60,005 nt of DNA from assembly GCA_016181935.1 (NCBI GenBank), contig JACOYI010000006.1:1-60005 (forward strand). Reading direction: 5' to 3'. Position 1 is the first letter of the stretch; the number at the start of each line of letters is the position of its first letter. The translations under genes were made by a program, and so were the position numbers. Below the pieces are notes generated by a model that worked only from the letters and a program-made list of their open reading frames with translations, was not told the origin of the DNA and did not search any database. The DNA is from Candidatus Niyogibacteria bacterium (GTDB lineage: Bacteria > Patescibacteriota > Minisyncoccia > HO2-45-28). Below are positions 1 to 7,390 of this stretch, piece by piece.

Positions 1-48
1 TCGCAGATCAGCATGCTGCGGTGAATACGTTCTCGAGTCTTGTACTCA
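1..48 (+). rRNA. rrs: 16S rRNA, exon segment running off the window start (ends at about E. coli position 1398)
   Basis: GATCAGCATGCTGCGGTGAATACGTTCTCGAGTCTTGTACTCA matches the conserved 16S region before CCGCCCGTCA. Confidence 0.95.
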
Positions 49-547
49 GAAAGAAATGCGCTTGGCAGTTTGTCAAGTCTAGGTAGTGAAAATCTACACA
101 TGCACAAAACGCATCGTAGTGAACGGATAGGTCCTCTGCCGCGAGGCGTGGACTGAAGGATCCTAGTAGCAAACGGCAGTCCAGTAATACCGATGTGATG
201 CGACCCATGCGGTGAGTTATGGGGAAGCATCCGGATAGAATCCGCAAATCATCACTGGAATGCCCGAAATAGACCGACAAATGACCCAAGGAGATCTCAC
301 ACTAGAAAAGGAACTGATGCTAGAGAAACTGGACTGCTGGGTCTTCCAGCATCAAGCTTCCAGTTTCCAGCTCGCTAGAGTGAGAAGTCAGCAGCGTCGT
401 AGTACCATGTGTCAAGTCATGATAGGATTGGGACATGGGAAGGACAAAACCAAAAGCTGCGCAGATGAATCAAAAAACTTTTGGGCTCGCGTAGTGCGGG
501 AAATCCGCTCGCTACGTGGGGATTCGCAATGTTCCGAAAAGCGAAAT
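49..547 (+). ncRNA. ORF-less group II intron (IIC-like) in 16S rRNA
   Basis: Splits TTGTACTCA|CCGCCCGTCA. Domain V at 486-520 has a CGC triad, 2-nt bulge and GAAA-type loop. IIC-like motifs CTGAAGGA..GCAAAC, GAAGTCAGCAG..GTAGTACC, GGGAAGGAC. EBS1 TGAGT (213-217) is complementary to exon end ACTCA (44-48). Ends in AT. Confidence 0.9.
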
Positions 548-635
548 CCGCCCGTCAAGTCAGGGAAGCTGGGAGCGCCCGAAGGCCGCCGTATGGCGGA
601 CGAAGGCGAGCTCGGTGACAAAGACTAAGTCGTAA
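548..635 (+). rRNA. rrs: 16S rRNA exon (shortened helix 44) ending at AAGTCGTAA; helix 45 and anti-SD not present
   Basis: CCGCCCGTCA...GACTAAGTCGTAA. The expected CAAGGTA...GGATCACCTCC does not follow. Confidence 0.9.
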
Positions 636-795
636 AATGGCACGTAGCTAGGTCGGTCCCGCCGTTCGTTATAGCAATATAATGAGGGGCGGGAATACAA
701 GTGTTGGCCTCGGAGCTTTAACTTGAGGCTGGTGAACGGGACAAAATAAAGTATATGAGGTATACTGACTACAAACGTCGAGATTATTAGTTCTC
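636..795 (+). ncRNA. Structured segment replacing the 16S 3' terminus; possible 5' half of a group I-like intron
   Basis: Hairpins TCCCGCC..GGCGGGA (inner GCAA loop) and GGCCTC..GAGGCT; R-like motif GGTATACTGACTAC; GCTAGGTC (647-654) can pair with exon GACTAAGT (623-630). Confidence 0.35.
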
Positions 796-806
796 ACATA
801 TATTGT

Positions 807-962
807 ATGGATAAAGTAATGGGTCGGTGCATGAAGTGCAAAGAACAGCGTCCGATGGTGAATACGGAAGAGGTCGTGATGAAGAACGGGATGCGGGCGT
901 TGAAAGGCAAGTGCGAGAAATGCGGCACCGGCATGTACAAGATTCTCGGCAAAGCGAAGTAA
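807..962 (+). CDS. Small basic Zn-ribbon protein (DUF5679-like), 51 aa, absent from the ORF track
   Basis: MDKVMGRCMKCKEQRPMVNTEEVVMKNGMRALKGKCEKCGTGMYKILGKAK: two CxxC pairs and a KNG motif; followed by a terminator. Confidence 0.85.
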   Translation: MDKVMGRCMKCKEQRPMVNTEEVVMKNGMRALKGKCEKCGTGMYKILGKAK

Positions 963-974
963 TTAGAGCTCTGT

Positions 975-1000
975 CAAAAACCCCCGCGAGGGGGTTTTTG
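975..1000 (+). terminator. Intrinsic terminator (possibly bidirectional)
   Basis: CAAAAACCCCC-GCGA-GGGGGTTTTTG. Confidence 0.85.
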
Positions 1001-1009
1001 GTTTGAATT

Positions 1010-1036
1010 AAAAGTCCCGAAGGTTACCCCGGGAAC
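1010..1036 (-). terminator. Terminator after tRNA-Ile
   Basis: Minus strand GTTCCCGGGG-TAA-CCTTCGGGAC-TTTT directly after the CCA end. Confidence 0.6.
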
Positions 1037-1037
1037 G

Positions 1038-1114
1038 TGGTGCGGCTGCTTGGATTCGAACCAAGGACCTCGTCATTATCAGTGACGCGCTCTAACCAAC
1101 TGAGCTACAGCCGC
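1038..1114 (-). tRNA. tRNA-Ile (GAU)
   Basis: GCGGCTGTAGCTCAGTTGG...CGTCA-CTGATAA-TGACG...GGTTCGAATCC...CAGCCGCACCA cloverleaf with encoded CCA. Confidence 0.97.
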
Positions 1115-1457
1115 TTGAGCCCTATTGTACCAATTTTGAGGGAATTTTCAAGGCGACAGCGAAATGACAAAGGCGTACGCTTAAACAAGCGCTCCATTCA
1201 ACGAGGGCCTCTATCTGATCCCCAATTTCTGGGATTTGAGGATTTAGATGCAAAAGCCACCCAACCCGACCGTCGCGGGTTTCGCAAGGGAAAGAGGTAT
1301 TTTTTCTTCAAACTATCCTATCAAGGTAGCAGTGTGTTGTCCATCTTATCCTCGGAGCTCCGGAGTTATCGCTGGGTGTTTCCGGACGAAGTTCATGATT
1401 TCCTCACAGAGTTGCGCCAAGAAAAAAAGTGCATGATTGAGCGGTTTATCATGCGCG

Positions 1458-2033
1458 TTAAAGACGCGCAATAATGGCAGGCAATTCCTGCCATTTTTTT
1501 ATTGCACGGAACGGGTGCGAAGCGGTTTGCACCCAAAAAGGATCGAACAGAACCCGCATCGCGACCGATGGAAGCTCGTGCAAAATCTTCAATTGGTCAT
1601 CCATGTACACGCGTATTCCGATTGTGCGCGCCACCTTGTCTTTTGCGCCCACCACGTCATGCGGGACGAAAAATATATGTTTTTCGGGAATATGGACGAG
1701 AATCTCGTGTTCTTTGAGCCATGTTCGCGCGCTTTGCTCCATGCCGCTCGCGATATCCCGCCGCGAAATGATATAGAGATCGTGGGCGGATGCCAGTTTT
1801 TCAATGGTTTCAAGCGCCCCATTCGTTGCGGGCGCAGAGACGGTCGCCGGTCCGTAGATATGCCGCTGAATCTCGCGATAGTGGGGGAGCGCCATGCGCA
1901 ATTTCATGACCGCAGACGCCGTGTCCTGCGGTTCGAGCTCGTACCCCAACTCGCGGGCTTTGTGCAATTTATTTGACGTATGGTCAATGATGACGCCGTC
2001 TAGGTCAAATCCTATGGACAGTTTTTTTGGCAT
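1458..2033 (-). CDS. HAD-superfamily 5'(3')-nucleotidase-like protein (NT5C-like)
   Basis: IGFDLDGVIID motif I, IISRR motif II, K...VYMDD motifs III/IV; start set at MPKKLS. Confidence 0.75.
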   Translation of the reverse strand: MPKKLSIGFDLDGVIIDHTSNKLHKARELGYELEPQDTASAVMKLRMALPHYREIQRHIYGPATVSAPATNGALETIEKLASAHDLYIISRRDIASGMEQSARTWLKEHEILVHIPEKHIFFVPHDVVGAKDKVARTIGIRVYMDDQLKILHELPSVAMRVLFDPFWVQTASHPFRAIKKWQELPAIIARL

Positions 2034-2077
2034 GGTACGCTGTAAAGAGATTTTTGCATTTTTGAAAGGATGCGGCA

Positions 2078-2788
2078 ATGGATGCAACAAATAAACATGT
2101 CGATCTCGGCACAATGTTTTCCTATTTACAAGACATCGCGGAATCGCTAGAAAAAGTCACACGCTGGGATCTTCGCTCAAAAATCGGCGGGCAAACTGCC
2201 GCCGAAAACGACCTCCAACATTCATTCAAAACCGCGCTGTTCACGCTTTACTGCGCGATCGTTGAAAACGAACAACGCGCTGCGAATGAAAAATTGAATG
2301 TCGAACTTCTGGTGGTCATGGCGCTCATCCATGACATCGCGGAGATCAAAGTGGGGGATATCGCAAGTTTCAAGCGAACAAAAGGCGATCGGGAGCCGGA
2401 GTATCGGGCATTTTGCGAGATCATCGCGCCCCTGCCCGAGCCTGTTCGCAATTACATCGGTCATGCGTTTTGCCACGCGTTTCCGGGCGTTGAACAATCC
2501 ATTGAGTCACGCGAATCCCGATTTTTCAAGGTGGTCGAAATGCTCGGTTTTCTCAAGCGGGGCATTCACGAATGCCGCGCCGGAAACGTGCATTTTGCGC
2601 CAAAAAATTTTGATCGCGATGTTCCAAAACTCCTCGCCGCGGCCGAAGAGTTCCCGTCCATTCACGGACATATCCAACCGTTTCTTGCCGAAATGATGTC
2701 GCATCTTGACGCGTTCAATAGAAGCCACTCGGAATACCGTGATGCTTTCGTCCAAGCGGGCAATGACGCAGACGATTTTCCCTTCTAG
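2078..2788 (+). CDS. HD-domain phosphohydrolase (YfbR-like)
   Basis: END.QHS and ALIHDIAEIKVGDI motifs. Confidence 0.75.
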   Translation: MDATNKHVDLGTMFSYLQDIAESLEKVTRWDLRSKIGGQTAAENDLQHSFKTALFTLYCAIVENEQRAANEKLNVELLVVMALIHDIAEIKVGDIASFKRTKGDREPEYRAFCEIIAPLPEPVRNYIGHAFCHAFPGVEQSIESRESRFFKVVEMLGFLKRGIHECRAGNVHFAPKNFDRDVPKLLAAAEEFPSIHGHIQPFLAEMMSHLDAFNRSHSEYRDAFVQAGNDADDFPF

Positions 2789-2793
2789 GGTTC

Positions 2794-3438
2794 CTAACGG
2801 AACCCTTTTTTCTTGAGCTCGGTTTTTACGGCATCGGTAAGCGTGCGCATTGCGTGGCGGTCCTTTGCAAAATTCAACGCATCGGTTTTGATGGTCAGAA
2901 CCGGAATCTTGCTCCGATTGCGCCGAACCCACTGTTCCTGCGCCCGAATCAGCGCCTCCAAATACTGCTCTGTGACAGAACCTTCCATGGCGCGGGCGCG
3001 TCCGCGGATACGGCGCAGCAATTCCTGTGCGGATGTTTTCAAATACACGACAAGATCGGGGGCGGGGGAATGTTTCAAAACTTTTTTGTAGAGCGTATCG
3101 TATACACGGTAGTCGGATCCCGTAACCACGCGCTCGTCGTAAAGCGCGTCCATAAAACAGCGGTCCTGATAGATCGCGACGTCCAATACAACCGGACGCC
3201 GCGACAGCATTTTCTGGATCTTCATCAGCTGATTCGCTTTGTTGATGAGGAAAAAATTCTGGGAAAAAAGTCCCCAACGCCGCATATCATCATAAAAAAG
3301 CGGCAGGAAATGATTCTCCTGGAACTCCTCGGGGACCGGCTGGAACCCCAAGCGGTCGGCGACCGTTTGCATTGCGGTCGTTTTGCCCGCGCCCGTGCCG
3401 CCCAAAAACGCGATAAAGGGGTGTCGTCTTTGCTTCAT
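2794..3438 (-). CDS. Deoxynucleoside kinase family protein
   Basis: P-loop GGTGAGKTT, PDLVVYL, RIRGRARAME lid, YLEAL. Confidence 0.85.
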   Translation of the reverse strand: MKQRRHPFIAFLGGTGAGKTTAMQTVADRLGFQPVPEEFQENHFLPLFYDDMRRWGLFSQNFFLINKANQLMKIQKMLSRRPVVLDVAIYQDRCFMDALYDERVVTGSDYRVYDTLYKKVLKHSPAPDLVVYLKTSAQELLRRIRGRARAMEGSVTEQYLEALIRAQEQWVRRNRSKIPVLTIKTDALNFAKDRHAMRTLTDAVKTELKKKGFR

Positions 3439-3458
3439 CTACTCTGTATAATGGATTC

Positions 3459-4427
3459 ATGGCGAAAATCAAAGTCGGCGTGTTTCGCGGAGGGCCTTCA
3501 TCCGAATATGATATTTCGCTCCGCACCGGCGCGGAAGTGCTGAAGGCACTCGATGGGACGCGCTACGAGGCGCTCGATATTTTGGTGGACAAAGCCGGTG
3601 TCTGGCATCTCCACGGCACACCCAAGGAACCGCATAAAATCTGCAATTTGATCGATGTTGCATTCAATGCGCTCCACGGCGAGTACGGGGAGGACGGTAA
3701 GATCCAGCAGATCTTTGAACGTTTCGGGGTCCCGTATACCGGCTCGGGGATCGCGGCATCCGCCGCAAGCATGCACAAGCGCACGATGCGCGACGTATTG
3801 GGGCAGGCGGGATTTCTGTTGCCGCCCGGCATCGCGGTCATGCGGGATTCGAACTGGGCGGACGCATCCGCATATGCGATCCGGCATTTGGGATTTCCGC
3901 TTATCATAAAGCCCGCATCGCGCGGTTCGTCCATCGGCGTTCGGACGGCGTCCAATGCATACGAGGCACTCGGCGCCATGGCGCATGCATTCAAGAGCGA
4001 TAATGAAATTTTGATCGAGCGGCGCATCCCGGGCCGCGAGGCGACCGGTGCCGTGCTCGAGCGATTTCGGGGCATACGGCACTATGCGTTTCCGGTGATC
4101 GAGATCGTCCCGCCGGCGGGACGGCCATTCTTTGATACCGCATGCAAATATGACGGTTCCGCCGAGGAGTTTTGTCCGGGCAGATTTTCCGACGAGATCC
4201 GCGACCGCATCCAGCGCGCTTCCATGGATGCGCACACCGCTCTCGGCTGCCGCCACTACTCGCGCTCCGATTTCATCGTCACGCCGAAAAACGAAGTTTA
4301 TATTTTAGAATTAAATACGCTCCCCGGACTCACCGACCAATCGCTCTTCCCCAAAGCCGCCGCAAGTATCGGGCTTGAGTTTCCTCAATTCGTCCATCAC
4401 GTACTTTCGCTCGCCCTTCATCGTTAA
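3459..4427 (+). CDS. ddl: D-alanine--D-alanine ligase
   Basis: GGPSSEYDISL, LHGEYGEDG, GSSIG, KY, LELNTLPG. Confidence 0.95.
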   Translation: MAKIKVGVFRGGPSSEYDISLRTGAEVLKALDGTRYEALDILVDKAGVWHLHGTPKEPHKICNLIDVAFNALHGEYGEDGKIQQIFERFGVPYTGSGIAASAASMHKRTMRDVLGQAGFLLPPGIAVMRDSNWADASAYAIRHLGFPLIIKPASRGSSIGVRTASNAYEALGAMAHAFKSDNEILIERRIPGREATGAVLERFRGIRHYAFPVIEIVPPAGRPFFDTACKYDGSAEEFCPGRFSDEIRDRIQRASMDAHTALGCRHYSRSDFIVTPKNEVYILELNTLPGLTDQSLFPKAAASIGLEFPQFVHHVLSLALHR

Positions 4428-4487
4428 AACCAGGAAGAGCGGGCTTCGCCATTGGTTATTGGTTATATTAAAAAGAAAAAACCCAAC

Positions 4488-5147
4488 CTAGGGGCCGGGT
4501 TCCTGTTTTTTTGCCTTGCGGCTCATGCTTCGCATCAATTCCTTGATCTTTGGAAAGGCCACGCGGCCGATCTGGCGAAGATGTTCCGTCCTCTGGGAAC
4601 GTAGGTCGCGGCTTAAATGTTCGATACGCGCGAGAATCTCCTCCGCTTCGTATTTTCCGCTTTTGTCCGGATATATCCGCCGGTAGATCACGCGAAACAA
4701 TGTCGCCGCCAGCATGGCAACGGCCGCGAATGCCGTATTGAAAAGGATGTCGATTGTCGTATCAGCGGAGTTTTTTTGGGCCTTTGCCAGCCATTCAAAA
4801 TAATTCGGCTGGAGCACCCAATCCCATATCAACTCGATCGCCTCCCACAAAACTCCAGAGATCGTGATGATCCCGATGATGCTCACCGACATAAAAAGTC
4901 CGCCAGCAATGTTAAAGATACCCTTAACGGAATACCGCCGGAAAAGATAAAGAAACGAAAGAGCTCCGAAAAATCCGCCGGCTGCGTGGCCGATGGCATC
5001 GAACCGCCACTGGGAATCGAAGAGTTCGGAATCCGCCCATCCCTGAGTCCAAATATAAAGATAGGTGATCCAAAAAAGCAAAAGACAGACATTCAGGGGG
5101 CGCGCTAGCTCGTAAATCAGGCGCCCTAACCGCGATTTCCGCGTCAT
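4488..5147 (-). CDS. Integral membrane protein (D..GH...WE..E...DT..D type, DUF2238/VanZ-like)
   Basis: Four hydrophobic helices; FDAIGH, VLWEAIE, DTTIDI motifs. Confidence 0.6.
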   Translation of the reverse strand: MTRKSRLGRLIYELARPLNVCLLLFWITYLYIWTQGWADSELFDSQWRFDAIGHAAGGFFGALSFLYLFRRYSVKGIFNIAGGLFMSVSIIGIITISGVLWEAIELIWDWVLQPNYFEWLAKAQKNSADTTIDILFNTAFAAVAMLAATLFRVIYRRIYPDKSGKYEAEEILARIEHLSRDLRSQRTEHLRQIGRVAFPKIKELMRSMSRKAKKQEPGP

Positions 5148-5224
5148 GGCGCCCTCTCCGGAGTTGTTAAAGTTCCTTGTGACATGTCATTTTTTACTAT
5201 ATACTGACTTGCGTGCTTCGAAAA

Positions 5225-5279
5225 GGGCCTATAGTTCAGTGGTAAAACGCCGCATTTGCAATGCGGAGGCGGGAGTTCG
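5225..5279 (+). repeat. Partial tRNA-Ala copy (5' 55 nt), direct repeat of 5582-5636
   Basis: Identical to the tRNA up to GGGAGTTCG, then diverges into two hairpins. Confidence 0.95.
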
Positions 5280-5330
5280 CCCCAGTCATCCGACGGGGCG
5301 CCCTATCGAATGATAGGGCGATTCAACAAC

Positions 5331-5591
5331 ATGTTTTATGTCTATTTGTTACAGTTGAATAATGGGGATATCTATACAGGGAGCACATCGGATTTAAAGC
5401 AGCGCCTCAAGGATCATAGTTCTGGCAAGACGGCGTCAACACGATACGGAGGACCCGTAAAACTCATCTTATACGAAGCGTATCTTTTGAAGAGCGATGC
5501 ACAACGACGAGAGAGATATCTTAAGACCACGGAAGGAAAGCGGTTCCTTAGGCAACAGATTAGAGATTATTTAAAAATCAAGGGCCTATAG
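5331..5591 (+). CDS. Small GIY-YIG nuclease (UPF0213/YhbQ-like), 86 aa
   Basis: MFYVYLL...IYTGST.DL..RL..H..G...T...E...A..RE..LK. Confidence 0.9.
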   Translation: MFYVYLLQLNNGDIYTGSTSDLKQRLKDHSSGKTASTRYGGPVKLILYEAYLLKSDAQRRERYLKTTEGKRFLRQQIRDYLKIKGL

Positions 5592-5655
5592 TTCAGTGGT
5601 AAAACGCCGCATTTGCAATGCGGAGGCGGGAGTTCGATTCTCCCTAGGTCCACCA
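5582..5655 (+). tRNA. tRNA-Ala (UGC)
   Basis: Cloverleaf; anticodon arm CCGCA-TTTGCAA-TGCGG; G3:U70 pair; encoded CCA. Confidence 0.95.
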
Positions 5656-5701
5656 CATGATATACTGAATCGAACAGCAATTATCGGCTCATTTTTTTGA
5701 T

Positions 5702-5935
5702 ATGGCAAATGTCACCATTTATACGACCCCGACCTGCGTGTATTGCAAGATGACCAAGGAATTTTTTAAAGCGCATAATATTCAATACACGGAAAAAGAC
5801 GTGGCCGCGGATGAGGTTGCACGCAAGGAAATGTTCGAAAAATCCGGCCAAATGGGGGTTCCCGTCATTTTCATTGACGGTGAAATGATCGTCGGATTTG
5901 ATCAGAAAAAGCTTTCAGAGCTTCTCGGCGTCTAG
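5702..5935 (+). CDS. Glutaredoxin / NrdH-like redoxin
   Basis: CVYC active site, GQMGVPVI, GFD. Confidence 0.9.
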   Translation: MANVTIYTTPTCVYCKMTKEFFKAHNIQYTEKDVAADEVARKEMFEKSGQMGVPVIFIDGEMIVGFDQKKLSELLGV

Positions 5936-5937
5936 CA

Positions 5938-7215
5938 ATGCTCGACATCAAATTCATCCGCGAAAACCCCGATCTCATTCAGGCGGGCGCCCGCCGCAAG
6001 CATATTGAATTTGATGTAAAGGCGCTTCTCGAGATTGATGAAATCCGCCGCAGATTGATGACGGAGATCGAAGAGCTTCGGGCAAAACAAAATAGGGCGT
6101 CCGACAACGTGGCGGCCATCACGGATGCAAGCGAGAAAGAAACCGCACTTCGTGACCTGAAAGAACTGAAGGAAGCGCTTTCAAAGAAGGGGTACGAATT
6201 CAAAAAAGTGGATGCGGAATTCGAGCGATTAATGCTCGACGTCCCCAATATTCCCGACCCGTCGGTTCCGGACGGGGAGTCGGACCGCGATAATGTGGAA
6301 GTGCGCGCATGGGGAGTCCCGGCCGCATTCGATGTTGAACCAAAAAATCATGTCGCGCTCATGGAGGCTCTCGACCTTGCGGATCTCGAGCGGGGGACGA
6401 AAGTCGCGGGATTTCGCGGATATTTTTTGAAAAATGAAGCGGCGAGCCTGTCATTGGCGCTCTGGCAATTCACCTTCGATATGTTCCGCGATGCGGGGTA
6501 TACTCCAGTATTGGCCCCCGCGCTTGTGCGCGAGGCGAACCTTGTGGGTTCCGGCCATTTTCCGCAAGCGCGCGAGGACGTATATAAAACGCAGGACGAA
6601 TTGTATTTATCGGCGACCGCGGAGATCGCCATGATGGGAATGTACGCGGATGAAATTTTACGCGAGGATGAATTGCCGAAAAAATTCCTGGCGTTTTCCC
6701 CGTGCTTCCGGCGCGAAGCGGGAGCGGCCGGCAAAGACACCAAGGGAATTTACCGCTTGCACGAATTTTTTAAGATCGAACAGCTGATCGTGAGCGTTGC
6801 CGATCATCAGGATTCCGTGCGCCTGCATGAAGAGCTCACCGCGAATGCGGAAAAAGTTTTGCAGTCGCTCAAACTGCCGTACCGCGTCGTCATCAATTGC
6901 GGAGGCGATATCGGCAGAGCGCATGTCAAAACCTATGATATTGAAGTATGGATCCCGTCGGAACGGCGATACCGCGAATCCCATTCCGCATCCTATTATC
7001 ACGATTTTCAAACGCGCCGCCTGAATACCCGTTACCGCGGGACCGATGGCAAGATCCGCTTCTGCTACTCTCTCAACAACACCGCCATTGCGACGCCCCG
7101 CATTTTAATCGCACTTCTCGAAAACTATCAGCAGGCGGATGGCTCGGTCGTGGTGCCGGACGTCCTCCAAAAGTGCACCGGATTCTCCCGTATCGAGCCT
7201 CGCCGCAGGGAGTAA
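5938..7215 (+). CDS. serS: Serine--tRNA ligase
   Basis: MLDIKFIREN, N-terminal coiled coil, FRREAG..G.DT.GIYRLHEF, LNNTAIATPR. Confidence 0.97.
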   Translation: MLDIKFIRENPDLIQAGARRKHIEFDVKALLEIDEIRRRLMTEIEELRAKQNRASDNVAAITDASEKETALRDLKELKEALSKKGYEFKKVDAEFERLMLDVPNIPDPSVPDGESDRDNVEVRAWGVPAAFDVEPKNHVALMEALDLADLERGTKVAGFRGYFLKNEAASLSLALWQFTFDMFRDAGYTPVLAPALVREANLVGSGHFPQAREDVYKTQDELYLSATAEIAMMGMYADEILREDELPKKFLAFSPCFRREAGAAGKDTKGIYRLHEFFKIEQLIVSVADHQDSVRLHEELTANAEKVLQSLKLPYRVVINCGGDIGRAHVKTYDIEVWIPSERRYRESHSASYYHDFQTRRLNTRYRGTDGKIRFCYSLNNTAIATPRILIALLENYQQADGSVVVPDVLQKCTGFSRIEPRRRE

Positions 7216-7229
7216 CCATTCGGACCTTT

Positions 7230-7382
7230 TAGAACTCATTTCAAAACTGTTGATCGGAACGAGCGCATGCCGCGAGTAGGATTCTCGGAGCGCGATGGCG
7301 CGAGAGTAAGCCGATTCTTCAGCAGAAGAATACGGCGTGCCTACTCGCGGCATGCGCGAGAGAGGTTTTGAAATGAGTTCTA
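7230..7382. mobile_element. 153-bp MITE-like structured element, copy 1
   Basis: Terminal inverted repeats TAGAACTCATTTCAAAAC / GTTTTGAAATGAGTTCTA; inverted copy at 29451-29603. Confidence 0.85.
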
Positions 7383-7390
7383 TTCACATC

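Noticed and set aside
8..628. ORFs 8-289, 260-628 and 412-621 as intron-encoded proteins
   Set aside because: They overlap rRNA exons and ribozyme domains and show no RT or homing-endonuclease motifs
1011..1045. AAGGTTACCCCGGGAACGTGGT as the missing 16S helix 45
   Set aside because: It is the reverse complement of the tRNA-Ile CCA end and terminator, lacks AACAAGG and GGATCA, and lies beyond a terminator
1037..1474. 145-aa ORF and nested 62-aa ORF
   Set aside because: The long ORF starts antisense within tRNA-Ile and neither has a recognisable motif; 1115-1457 is left unassigned
5256..5330. N-terminal extension of the GIY-YIG ORF
   Set aside because: Translation of the tRNA fragment and hairpins; the domain starts at ATG 5331
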